Positions 23,195 to 32,267 of a stretch of DNA of 64,000 bases are shown one piece after another. The notes below the pieces were generated by a model, which was not told the DNA's origin, did no database searches, and worked only from the letters and a program-made list of their open reading frames with translations. Source of the stretch: Mycobacteriales bacterium (GTDB lineage Bacteria; Actinomycetota; Actinomycetes; Mycobacteriales; QHCD01); contig DASXJE010000257.1 of the NCBI GenBank assembly GCA_036497565.1, positions 12,532-76,531 on the forward strand, in the 5' to 3' direction. Both the position numbers and the translations under genes were made by a program. Numbering within the stretch: the first letter of the stretch is position 1; every line of letters begins with the position of its first letter.

Positions 23195-24988
23195 ATGACC
23201 ACGACGCGGGCGCAGACCGAGGGCACCTCGGGCGGGACCGATACCGACGTCGTGGAGATGGCGTGGGACCCCATCACCCGCATCGTCGGCAGCCTGGGCA
23301 TCTACACGAAGATCGACTTCAAGCAGAAGAAGGTCGTCGAGTGTCACAGCACGTCGTCGATCTTCCGCGGCTACAGCATCTTCATGAAGGGCAAGGACCC
23401 CCGCGACGCACACTTCATCACCAGCCGGATCTGCGGCATCTGCGGCGACAACCACGCGACCTGCTCGGTCTACAACCAGAACATGGCCTACGGCGTCCGG
23501 CCACCGGCGCTCGCTGAGTGGATCATCAACCTCGGCGAGGCCGCGGAGTACATGTTCGACCACAACATCTTCCAGGAAAACCTCGTCGGGGTGGACTTCT
23601 GCGAACGGATGGTCAAGGAGACCAACCCGGGCGTCCTGGAGCGGGCCGAGCACACCGAGGCACCGCATGCCGGCGACCACGGCTACAAGACGATCGCCGA
23701 CATCATGCGCTCGCTCAACCCGCTCGAAGGCGAGTTCTACCGCGAGGCGTTGCAGGTGAGCCGCTACACCCGCGAGATGTTCTGCCTGATGGAGGGGCGC
23801 CACGTGCACCCGTCCACGCTCTACCCGGGCGGCGTCGGCACGTCCGCAACCATCCAGCTCTTCACCGACTACCTGACCCGGCTCATGCGCTACGTCGAGT
23901 TCATGAAGCGTGTGGTGCCGATGCACGACGACCTCTTCGACTTCTTCTACGAGGCGCTGCCGGGCTACGAGCAGGTCGGCCAGCGCCGGATCCTGCTGGG
24001 CTGCTGGGGCAGTCTCAACGACCCGGCGCACTGCGACTTCAGCTACGAGAACATGACGGCCTGGGGACGCAAGATGTTCGTCACCCCGGGCGTCGTCGTC
24101 GACGGCAACCTCGTCACGACCGACCTCGTCGACATCAACCTCGGCATCCGGATCCTGCTCGGGCACTCGTTCTACCGGGACTGGGAAGACCAGGAGATGT
24201 TCGTCACCCGCGACCCGCTGGGAAACCCGGTCGACCGCCGCCACCCGTGGAACCAGCACACCATCCCGGCGCCCGCCAAGCGGGACTTCGACGGGGCCTA
24301 CAGCTGGACCATGTCGCCGCGGTGGTTCGACGGCACCGACAACCTTCCGCTCGACACCGGCGGCGGACCGCTGGCCCGGTTGTGGTCGACGGCGCTGGCC
24401 AACCTCGTGCACATCGGCTACGTCGAGAGCACCGGGCACAGCGTGCAGATCAACCTGCCGAAGACGGCCACCAAGCCCGAGATGAGCTTGGAGTGGAAGA
24501 TCCCGCAGTGGAGCAACGCCATAGAGCGCGACCGCGCCCGCACCTATTTCCAGGCCTACTCGGCGGCGGCCGCCCTGCACTTCGTCGAGCAGGCGCTCGC
24601 CGAGATCCGGGCCGGCAACACCAAGACCTGGGAGCCGTTCACGGTGCCGGACGAGGCCGTGAGCTGCGGCTTCACCGAGGCCGTCCGCGGCGTGCTGTCG
24701 CACCACATGGTCATCCGTGACGGCAAGATCGCCAACTACCACCCCTACCCGCCGACGCCGTGGAACGGCAGCGTGCGCGACCCTGCCGGCGTACCCGGGC
24801 CCTACGAAGACGCGATCCAGAACACGCCGATCTTCGAGGAGAACTCTCCGGAGAACTTCAAGGGCATCGACATCATGCGGGCGGTACGCAGCTTCGACCC
24901 GTGTCTCCCGTGCGGCGTCCACATGTATCTCGGTCCTGGAAAGGTGCTCAAGCAGGTGCATTCGCCGACGTCCTATCCGCAGGCATAG
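23195..24988 (+). CDS. hhyL: Group 1h [NiFe]-hydrogenase large subunit
   Basis: L1 TSRICGICGDNH and L2 SFDPCLPCGVH followed by a cleavable C-terminal extension; ATG 23195 (GTG 23120/23123 is an alternative start). Confidence 0.96.
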   Translation: MTTTRAQTEGTSGGTDTDVVEMAWDPITRIVGSLGIYTKIDFKQKKVVECHSTSSIFRGYSIFMKGKDPRDAHFITSRICGICGDNHATCSVYNQNMAYGVRPPALAEWIINLGEAAEYMFDHNIFQENLVGVDFCERMVKETNPGVLERAEHTEAPHAGDHGYKTIADIMRSLNPLEGEFYREALQVSRYTREMFCLMEGRHVHPSTLYPGGVGTSATIQLFTDYLTRLMRYVEFMKRVVPMHDDLFDFFYEALPGYEQVGQRRILLGCWGSLNDPAHCDFSYENMTAWGRKMFVTPGVVVDGNLVTTDLVDINLGIRILLGHSFYRDWEDQEMFVTRDPLGNPVDRRHPWNQHTIPAPAKRDFDGAYSWTMSPRWFDGTDNLPLDTGGGPLARLWSTALANLVHIGYVESTGHSVQINLPKTATKPEMSLEWKIPQWSNAIERDRARTYFQAYSAAAALHFVEQALAEIRAGNTKTWEPFTVPDEAVSCGFTEAVRGVLSHHMVIRDGKIANYHPYPPTPWNGSVRDPAGVPGPYEDAIQNTPIFEENSPENFKGIDIMRAVRSFDPCLPCGVHMYLGPGKVLKQVHSPTSYPQA

Positions 24989-25012
24989 CGCGACTCGGCG
25001 GTAGGAGCCCTC

Positions 25013-25945
25013 ATGGCGATGCCGACCACCACCCATCAACCCGATTCCTCTACGCCGACGGCTCCGAACCCGGCCGAGGCGGCGGCCCGGATCGGTGACC
25101 TGCTGGAGCAGGTACGCCGTACCGAGGATCCCGCCGCCGCGGACCTTGCCGAGGAGATCGTCCGTCGGCTGCTCGAGCTCTACGGAGCCGGGCTGGAGCG
25201 GATCGTGTCGGTGCTCGACGACGCCGGGCCGGACGGCGCGGCAATGTTGGAGCGACTGACGCAGGATCAGGTGGTGGCCAGCCTGCTGCTCGTGCACGAC
25301 CTGCATCCGGTCGACGTGCTGACCCGGATCGGCCGCGCCCTCGACGGGGTCCGGCCTTATCTCGGTTCCCACGCAGGCGGGATCGAGCTGGTCGGTGTCG
25401 ATGACGACGGCGTAGCGCACCTGAAGCTGGAGGGCAGCTGCGACGGATGCCCGTCCTCGACGGTGACGGTGACGTCGACGATCGAGCGGGCCATCTTCGA
25501 GGCTGCGCCGGAGATCACCAAGGTGGATGTCGAGGGCGTCGCGGCACCGGCCACGGACGACCGGACGGTGTTGCAGATCCAACGCTTCCAGGGCGGCCCC
25601 GCGGCCGAGGACGCTCCGGTCGACTGGACGCCGCTCGACCTGCCGGCGCTGGCCGACGAGGGTCTCGCCGAGGTGGAGCTTGCCGGGACGACGATGGTCG
25701 TCGTACGCCTCGAGGACAGCCACTACGCCTACCGCAGCGCCTGCCCGGCCTGCGCAGCAGGCCTGGGTGATGCCGGCGTCACGGCACAGATCCTCGCCTG
25801 CGGGCACTGCGGCGCCCGCTACGACGTACGACTCGCCGGCCGGGCGGTGGGCGGCGCGGTCGGTCACCTCGACCCCGTACCCCTGCTCGACGACACCGAG
25901 GGCTGCCGGGTCGCGCTGCCGGTGATCGGGGCGGTGGCCGGGTGA
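25013..25945 (+). CDS. NifU-like/Rieske-like Fe-S protein of hydrogenase cluster (HhyE-like)
   Basis: SHAGGIE...GSCDGCPSS NifU-C motif; C-terminal CPAC...CGHC. Confidence 0.8.
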   Translation: MAMPTTTHQPDSSTPTAPNPAEAAARIGDLLEQVRRTEDPAAADLAEEIVRRLLELYGAGLERIVSVLDDAGPDGAAMLERLTQDQVVASLLLVHDLHPVDVLTRIGRALDGVRPYLGSHAGGIELVGVDDDGVAHLKLEGSCDGCPSSTVTVTSTIERAIFEAAPEITKVDVEGVAAPATDDRTVLQIQRFQGGPAAEDAPVDWTPLDLPALADEGLAEVELAGTTMVVVRLEDSHYAYRSACPACAAGLGDAGVTAQILACGHCGARYDVRLAGRAVGGAVGHLDPVPLLDDTEGCRVALPVIGAVAG

Positions 25946-26601
25946 CACCTCCGACACCGGTGCGTGGGGCGAATTCCCCGGACATCGCCGCACTCCGGCG
26001 ATTCCGGGAGCCGCGGGAGCCGGTCCGTGCCGGCGAGGTCTGCGAAATGTGCGGCGAGCCGCTCGAGGACGAGCACCGGCACGTGGTCAACGTCGAGCAG
26101 CGGGCACTGATGTGCACCTGCCGCGCGTGTTCGTTGCTGTTCACCAATCCGACCGCGGCCCAGGGCAGGTACCGCTCGGTGCCCGACCGCCATCTCTACG
26201 ATGCCGCCTTCGCCATCACCGACGCCCAATGGGATCTCCTGCAGATCCCCGTCAGCATGGCGTTTTTCTTCGTGAATTCGATCGCCGGACAGACCAACGC
26301 CTTCTACCCGAGCCCGGCCGGGGCGACCGAGAGCCTGCTCTCGCTGGAGACCTGGGCGGACGTCACTTCCGCCAACCGTCTCGCCGCGCTGCTCGAACCC
26401 GACGTCGAGGCATTGCTCGTCCGCAAACGGGACGGCCGTTACGAGTGCTATCTCGTCCCGATCGACGCCTGTTACGAACTGGTCGGCCTGGTCCGCATGA
26501 ACTGGAAGGGCTTCGCCGGCGGCGCCGAGGCGTGGCAGACGATCGACGACTTCTTCGACCGGCTGCAGGCGCGCAGCCGGCCCTACACCGCGGACCGCTG
26601 A
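25942..26601 (+). CDS. DUF5947-like hydrogenase-cluster protein
   Basis: CEMC...HRH...CTCRAC, FYPSPAGATES, PIDACYELVG. Confidence 0.8.
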   Translation: MTPPTPVRGANSPDIAALRRFREPREPVRAGEVCEMCGEPLEDEHRHVVNVEQRALMCTCRACSLLFTNPTAAQGRYRSVPDRHLYDAAFAITDAQWDLLQIPVSMAFFFVNSIAGQTNAFYPSPAGATESLLSLETWADVTSANRLAALLEPDVEALLVRKRDGRYECYLVPIDACYELVGLVRMNWKGFAGGAEAWQTIDDFFDRLQARSRPYTADR

Positions 26602-26602
26602 C

Positions 26603-27244
26603 ATGCCGTCGCTGTCCTTCGAATGCTCCGGCGTCACGCCCGACCGTTACGCCGCCTCCCCCACGCTGCTGTTCGGGCTGAAGGTCGGCGAGGACAGCGG
26701 GGCCCGGATCCACACCGGCGTACTCCGCTGCCAGATCCGGATCGAGCCGCAGCGGCGTCGCTACGACGACGACGAAGCAGCCCGGCTGCTCGACCTCTTC
26801 GGCGACCGGACCCGCTGGGGCGACACACTCAAGCCGCTGCAGTTCGCGACCGTGCCCTTCGTCCTGCCGGCGTTCACCGGCAGCACCGAGGTCGACGTCG
26901 CGGTGCCGTGCACCTACGACTTCGAGGTGGCCGCCGCGAAGTACTTCCACGCCTTGCGGGGCGGGGAGATCCCGCTCCTGCTGCTCTTCAGCGGGACCGT
27001 GTTCTATCGCGGCGGCGACGGCATGCTGGTCGACCAGATCCCGTGGGATCGGGAGATCAACGTCCGGGTGCCGGTCGCGACCTGGCGCACGCTGATGGAT
27101 CTCAGCTTTCCGGGATCGGCATGGCTACGGATGCGGGTCGAGACCGTCGACGCGCTGCAGGACTTCAAGTCGCGGCACGGGCTCACGACGTGGGACGAGA
27201 CGGTGGAGTCGCTGTTGCGCCGTACCGAGGAGGCCGCCCGATGA
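26603..27244 (+). CDS. DUF6084-like hydrogenase-cluster protein
   Basis: CQIRIEPQRRRY, LFGDRTRWG, PCTYDFEVAAAKYF, LLFSGTVF. Confidence 0.8.
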   Translation: MPSLSFECSGVTPDRYAASPTLLFGLKVGEDSGARIHTGVLRCQIRIEPQRRRYDDDEAARLLDLFGDRTRWGDTLKPLQFATVPFVLPAFTGSTEVDVAVPCTYDFEVAAAKYFHALRGGEIPLLLLFSGTVFYRGGDGMLVDQIPWDREINVRVPVATWRTLMDLSFPGSAWLRMRVETVDALQDFKSRHGLTTWDETVESLLRRTEEAAR

Positions 27245-28677
27245 CCTCGGCCGCCAGCCCGGCGATCGACCGCGCGACGGCGCTCGAGCAGGCGCGGCGG
27301 GTCGCCGACGCGGTCCTCTACGAGGGCTACGTGCTCTACCCCTACCGCGCGTCGGGGCAGAAGAACCGGCTGCGCTGGCAGTTCGGCGTCCTGGTCCCGC
27401 GCGCCGTCGCCGACGGCCTCAGCGAACAGTGGGACATGGCGACCGAATGCCTGGTGGAGTCGCGCAGCGACCGGTGCACGGTGTCGGTGCAGGTGCGCTT
27501 CCTGCAGATTCAGGCGCGCACCGTCGAGCGGGCCGAGGACGCCGGCTCCGGGCGCTTCGTGTCCACCGAGGCGCTGGAACTCGCCGACCGGCGGATCGTC
27601 CCGTGGGAGGAGGGCGTCGCCGAGCAGGCTGGGGCGAGCATCCCCCTCGACCGGCTGCTGTCCGGCGAGCAGGTCGTCGACTTCCAGGTCGACGGCGGGC
27701 AGGACGTCGAAGAGGTACGGGAGGCAGGCGCGGTGGTCGGCCGGCTGGTCCGGAAAAGACTGCCGCTGACCGGCCGGCTGCGGCTCTCCGCCGAACGCAC
27801 CCCCGGCCCGTACGGCGCGATCCGGCTGCACGCCGTGGTCGAAAACGTCACGCCGTGGCCGTCCGGCACAGCGGACGCCGACCCGCCCGACCGCCCGCAG
27901 GCGATGCGCCGGTCGATGGTCGGGACCCACGCGATTCTCACCATCTCCGACGGCGGGTTTCTCTCGCTGCTCGACCCGCCCGAGTGGGCCCGCCCGGCGA
28001 CGACGGCGTGCACCAACCGCAATGCGTGGCCGGTGCTGGTCGGCAACGGCCGGAACGACGTCATGCTCGCCTCGCCGATCATCCTCTACGACTTCCCGCA
28101 GATCGCGCCGGAGAGCACCGGCGAGCTCTACGACTCGACCGAGATCGAGGAGATTCTCAACCTGCGCACGCTCGCGCTCACCGACGAGGAGAAACGCGAG
28201 GCACGGGGCACCGATCCCCGCGCCGAGGCGGTGATCGACCGCGTCGACGACCTGCCGCCGGAGGTGCTCGACCGACTGCACGGCGCGATCCGCTATCTGC
28301 GGGAGACCACCTCCGCCGGCGCGGACTTCCCCACTCTCGACGTCCCGGATGCGCCGACGGCGGATCCGGCGCCCTGGTGGAATCCGGAAGCCGACTCGTC
28401 GGTATCCCCGGAGAGCGACCTGATCGAGGTGCGCGGCGTGCTGGTCGGCAAGGGCAGTCAGGTCTACCTGCGTCCGGGCGTGCGCCGTAGCGACGCGCAG
28501 GACCTCTTCCTCGACGGACGGCTCGCGACGGTGCAGGCGGTTCTCCGCGACGTCGACGAGGGTGACCATCTCGCGGTCACGATCGACGGTGACCCGGCCG
28601 CGGAGCTGCAACAGGCGCAGGGCCGGTTCCGCTACTTCCGTCCCGACGAGGTCGAGCCGATCGAGGTGCGCCCATGA
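27241..28677 (+). CDS. Conserved hypothetical hydrogenase-cluster protein
   Basis: ADAVLYEGYVLYPYRAS...RWQFG, SPIILYDFPQIAPES; ATG 27241 overlaps previous stop. Confidence 0.75.
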   Translation: MTSAASPAIDRATALEQARRVADAVLYEGYVLYPYRASGQKNRLRWQFGVLVPRAVADGLSEQWDMATECLVESRSDRCTVSVQVRFLQIQARTVERAEDAGSGRFVSTEALELADRRIVPWEEGVAEQAGASIPLDRLLSGEQVVDFQVDGGQDVEEVREAGAVVGRLVRKRLPLTGRLRLSAERTPGPYGAIRLHAVVENVTPWPSGTADADPPDRPQAMRRSMVGTHAILTISDGGFLSLLDPPEWARPATTACTNRNAWPVLVGNGRNDVMLASPIILYDFPQIAPESTGELYDSTEIEEILNLRTLALTDEEKREARGTDPRAEAVIDRVDDLPPEVLDRLHGAIRYLRETTSAGADFPTLDVPDAPTADPAPWWNPEADSSVSPESDLIEVRGVLVGKGSQVYLRPGVRRSDAQDLFLDGRLATVQAVLRDVDEGDHLAVTIDGDPAAELQQAQGRFRYFRPDEVEPIEVRP

Positions 28678-29300
28678 CCGGTCGGATCCTGGTCGCCGGC
28701 ATCGGCAACATCTTCCTCGGCGACGACGGGTTCGGTGTCGAGGTGGCCAACCGGCTGCTGGGCACCCCGATGCCCGACGGAGTCGAGGTCGTCGACATCG
28801 GCATCCGCGGCGTCCATCTCGCCTACCAACTGCTCGACGGCTACGACGTGCTGGTGCTGGTGGACGCCGTACCCCGGGGCGAGCCGGCGGGCACGGTGTC
28901 GGTGATCGAGCCGGACCTGACCGCGCTTTCCCGGCCCCCGGAGGGGCCTCCCGTCGACGGTCACGGCATGGAGCCGGCAGCCGTGCTGGCCCTGGTGGCG
29001 ACGCTGTCCGACGCCGCGGCGACCGACGCCGTCGGCCGGGTGCTGATCGTCGGCTGCGAACCGCAGGTGGTCGAGGAGGGAATGGGGCTCAGCCCGCCGG
29101 TCGCGGCGGCGATCCCGGATGCCGAACGCGCTGTCCGCCGGCTCGTCGAAGAGCTCGTCGAGGAGAGGAAGGACCATGAAGAATCTGATGAGAGTGGTCA
29201 GGGTCGTCGCGGTGCTGGGAGTGGGCGCCGTGGTGGTCACGAGCGTGCCGGACGTCAAGCGCTACCTGCGGATGCGACAGATGTAAGTGGTCGGCGGTAG
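28674..29300 (+). CDS. Hydrogenase maturation endopeptidase
   Basis: GIGNIFLGDDGFGVEV, LVDA, HGM, IVGCEP; low-complexity C-terminal run-on. Confidence 0.9.
   Translation: MTGRILVAGIGNIFLGDDGFGVEVANRLLGTPMPDGVEVVDIGIRGVHLAYQLLDGYDVLVLVDAVPRGEPAGTVSVIEPDLTALSRPPEGPPVDGHGMEPAAVLALVATLSDAAATDAVGRVLIVGCEPQVVEEGMGLSPPVAAAIPDAERAVRRLVEELVEERKDHEESDESGQGRRGAGSGRRGGHERAGRQALPADATDVSGRR
29176..29286 (+). CDS. 36-aa membrane-anchored small protein (DUF6893-like)
   Basis: AGGAGAGGAAGGA before ATG; MKNLMRVVRVVAVLGVGAVVVTSVPDVKRYLRMRQM; below the track length cut-off. Confidence 0.75.
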   Translation: MKNLMRVVRVVAVLGVGAVVVTSVPDVKRYLRMRQM

Positions 29301-29312
29301 GAGGTCGACGAC

Positions 29313-29675
29313 ATGCACGAGGTCGGCTTGTGCGAAGGAATCCTCGATGCGGTCGAGCGGCGGGCGGCAGGCCGTAAGGTGACCCGGGTGAGGGTCCGCA
29401 TGGGGGTGTTGCACCGGGTGTCCGAGCCCGCGCTGCAGATGGCCTTCTCGCTCGTCGCGGCCGGATCGGTGGCGGAGGAGGCGCGGGTCGACCTGGTCAC
29501 CGTGCCGCTGCGCGCACAGTGTCGTGACTGCGGCGAAGAGTCGGAGTCCGACGACCCGCTCGACATCTGCCCGGCCTGCGGTTCGACCGACCTCCAGGTC
29601 GACGCCGGCGACGAGATGCTGCTCGAATCGATCTCATTGGCCGGCGGGGAACTCGCCGGCGCGGAAGGCGGCTGA
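29313..29675 (+). CDS. hypA: Hydrogenase nickel metallochaperone HypA
   Basis: MHEVGL N-terminus, CRDC...CPAC Zn site, GGAGG RBS. Confidence 0.93.
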   Translation: MHEVGLCEGILDAVERRAAGRKVTRVRVRMGVLHRVSEPALQMAFSLVAAGSVAEEARVDLVTVPLRAQCRDCGEESESDDPLDICPACGSTDLQVDAGDEMLLESISLAGGELAGAEGG

Positions 29676-29679
29676 CCTC

Positions 29680-30069
29680 ATGTGCCTCGGCATCCCCGGA
29701 GTCGTCGTGGAGATCTCCGACGACAGCGACATCGCCCAGGTCGAGGTGGCCGGCGTACGCCGCGCGATCAACATCGGCCTGATCCGCGACAGCGCGCTGC
29801 AGCCCGGCGAGTGGATCCTCATCCACATGGGCTTCGCACTGTCGAGGATCGACGAGGACGAGGCGATCGACGCACTCGACTTCCTGCAGGAGGTCAGCGA
29901 CGCCTACACCGGCGAGCTCACCGCCTCCGGCAACCGCAGCCGGGAGTCGCGCCAACCTCAGCCGAACGCGCCGACCACCGATGCGAACCGCCGTACCTCG
30001 TCCGGTCCCGCCAGATCGGGCAACGACACGAACACCGTGGCGACGCCGCGATCGGCGAGCACGCGGTAG
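29680..30069 (+). CDS. hypC: HypC/HybG/HupF family chaperone with C-terminal run-on
   Basis: ATG 29680 gives MCLGIPG...GEWILIHMGFA; the tail overlaps the convergent gene by 112 nt. Confidence 0.9.
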   Translation: MCLGIPGVVVEISDDSDIAQVEVAGVRRAINIGLIRDSALQPGEWILIHMGFALSRIDEDEAIDALDFLQEVSDAYTGELTASGNRSRESRQPQPNAPTTDANRRTSSGPARSGNDTNTVATPRSASTR

Positions 30070-31484
30070 CGACCCACGTGGTCGGCGGGCGTCCCGGCAT
30101 GGTGGGTGCGGGCGAATGCCTCCGCACTCGACCGGCCGCGTAGCCGTTCGACGAGCTTCGCGATCTCGTCCCGGTCGGCGCCGACGACCGGGACATCGAG
30201 GACGGTGATCGCCACGTCGGCCGGGTCCCGACCGACCTGTGCGCAGTGCTCGCGCAGCACGGCGATCTTGCGGTCGAGCGAGTCGAGGTCGGACGTCAGG
30301 TTGCATCCGTCGCCGTACTGCGCGGCGATCTTCAGCGTGCGGCGTTCCCCCCCGCCGCCGACGATGATCGGGATGTCGGACACCGGCCGGGGATAGCAGG
30401 TGGTCTCCGGCAGCGAGACGTGCGGGCCGGCGTAGGCCTTGGTGCCCGAGCGCCACAACGCCCGAAGCGTCTCCACCGACGACTCCAGCAGGTCGAGCCG
30501 TTCGCCGGCCGGCGGGAAGGGCAACCCGAACCCGTCGTGCTCCCGGGCCCACCAGCCCGCGCCGATACCGCAGAAGGCACGGCCACCACTGAGGGCGTCG
30601 AGCGTCGCGACGGTCTTGGCGAGGATCCCCGGCGCGCGGAAGGTCACCGGCGTCACCAGGGTCCCGAGCCGGAGTTCGGTCGGCAGCCCGGCGAGCATTC
30701 CCAGGGTGACCCACGGTTCGGGAATCGGCTCCCACGCGCGGCCCACCTGCGGTACCTGGATCAGGTGATCCATCAACGCGATGCCCTCGAAGCCGGATTC
30801 GGCTGCCGCGCCGACGATGTCGGTCAGCCAGCGGGCGGGGTCGTCTCCCCATGGAAAGCGGGAGATCTGCAGCACGAACCCCAGCCGGGTCGGGCGGCGC
30901 CGCTGCTCGGCCCCGGCCGACGCGGCGCCGGGCGTGTGTGCGGGTTCGATCGACACGCTGTCGACGTCGTGCAGTATGGCGTCCCAGCCCTCGCCGGCCA
31001 CCTCCTCCACCACCGCGGTCATCCGGCGCAGCTGAGCATCGAGAGTCGGGCTCGGGACCGGCCGCGTCCTGGACCGGTTCCGGCGCCGGCACTCCGCGGG
31101 ATCGGTGTCGAAGAGGACGACGACCGCCGGCAGCCCGGCGTCCGCGGCACGGGCGAGGTAGCCGCGACGACGGTCCCGGTCTAGCCCGAGCGTGTCGATC
31201 ACCGTGGTGAGCCGGCGCCGGCAGCGGGCGTCGACGATCCGGTCGAGGACGGCGAAGGTGTCGACCGAGGCGTCGAGGTCGTGCTCGCCGCTGCCGACGA
31301 CGCCGCGCAGGGCATCGGAGGACACGACTTCCTGCGCACGGTAACGGGATGTGGCCCACGCGGATTTGCCCGCTCCCGACGGTCCGACGAGCACGATCAG
31401 CGCGGGATCCGGCACCGTCGTCGTGGTCGCAGGCACCCGGGCAGTGTCCCACCGGTTCGGTTCGTGCCGTGACGTATCTTGCAC
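29958..31484 (-). CDS. P-loop kinase (AAA_33-like) fused to F420-dependent LLM-class oxidoreductase
   Basis: N-terminal LVGPSGAGKS, SSDALRG; C-terminal MDHLIQ, LGTLVT, GIGAGW, IIVGGGGE; start could be GTG 31427. Confidence 0.82.
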   Translation of the reverse strand: MQDTSRHEPNRWDTARVPATTTTVPDPALIVLVGPSGAGKSAWATSRYRAQEVVSSDALRGVVGSGEHDLDASVDTFAVLDRIVDARCRRRLTTVIDTLGLDRDRRRGYLARAADAGLPAVVVLFDTDPAECRRRNRSRTRPVPSPTLDAQLRRMTAVVEEVAGEGWDAILHDVDSVSIEPAHTPGAASAGAEQRRRPTRLGFVLQISRFPWGDDPARWLTDIVGAAAESGFEGIALMDHLIQVPQVGRAWEPIPEPWVTLGMLAGLPTELRLGTLVTPVTFRAPGILAKTVATLDALSGGRAFCGIGAGWWAREHDGFGLPFPPAGERLDLLESSVETLRALWRSGTKAYAGPHVSLPETTCYPRPVSDIPIIVGGGGERRTLKIAAQYGDGCNLTSDLDSLDRKIAVLREHCAQVGRDPADVAITVLDVPVVGADRDEIAKLVERLRGRSSAEAFARTHHAGTPADHVGRYRVLADRGVATVFVSLPDLAGPDEVRRFASVVGAFG

Positions 31485-31550
31485 CCGTCTACCGGCTCTA
31501 GATAGTGAGCGCCCCGACCGGGGTGCGGCACAGGGCCCAAGGAGTCACCG

Positions 31551-32072
31551 ATGAAATACGTCACCTGGTCAACCCTCGGCCGGGCCGGGGCAATCGCTGT
31601 CCTGGTCGGAGCCGTCGTCGGAGGAATCGTCGTCGCGTCGGCCAGCGAGCCGGCATCGGCGTCGACCACGACGCCTCGGTGCTACAGCCAGAACCTCAAG
31701 GCGACGTACCAGAGCACCGAAGGCGCCGCGGGCAACGTCTACGTGAACTTCCGGCTGACGAACACCGGAAGTGCCACCTGCAACCTGCACGGGTACGTCG
31801 GCGCGCTGCTGTTCAACGACGCCGGAAGCCCGCTGGCGACGACGGTGACCCACGACGTCCGCTCCGCCCCGACGGTCGTGCTGACTGCCGGCGGTTCGAC
31901 CCACTTCTACCTGCACTATCCCAACCCTGCGGTCCTCAACTGCACGCCGACCACGAGCCACAACCTCCTGATCACCGCACCCGGCGCCACCAATCCCGAC
32001 CTGGCGCACGTCAGCGCGGGGATCAGTCCCTGCCACGGCGCGATGACCACCGGGCCGGTCGGGACTCCCTGA
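31551..32072 (+). CDS. Secreted DUF4232-like protein
   Basis: Signal peptide, C...GAAG...TN.G...C.LHGY pattern, AAGGAG RBS. Confidence 0.75.
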   Translation: MKYVTWSTLGRAGAIAVLVGAVVGGIVVASASEPASASTTTPRCYSQNLKATYQSTEGAAGNVYVNFRLTNTGSATCNLHGYVGALLFNDAGSPLATTVTHDVRSAPTVVLTAGGSTHFYLHYPNPAVLNCTPTTSHNLLITAPGATNPDLAHVSAGISPCHGAMTTGPVGTP

Positions 32073-32081
32073 CCGATCAAC

Positions 32082-32138
32082 CTGCTCATCACCGCGAGTC
32101 TGGCGCTTAGGGGGCTGCCAGACTCGCGGTGTGAGCAG
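32082..32138. terminator. Strong hairpin after the DUF4232-like gene
   Basis: CACCGCGAGTCTGGC (32090-32104) / GCCAGACTCGCGGTG (32117-32131) plus outer CTGCTCA/TGAGCAG. Confidence 0.6.
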
Positions 32139-32267
32139 CTCTGTCGAACGACCCTGTGCCCTTGCTCCGCCCAGCGAAGCAAGGGCACAGCGGCGCGGAT
32201 TCCCGTCGGTGCAGCGGCAGCGAGCCGGCCATCTCCCGCATCACCGCGCAGCCTTAACATCGGGCGC

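Noticed and set aside
26623-27240. 684-aa ORF start
   Set aside because: The first 206 codons overlap the DUF6084-like gene; the conserved part begins at ATG 27241
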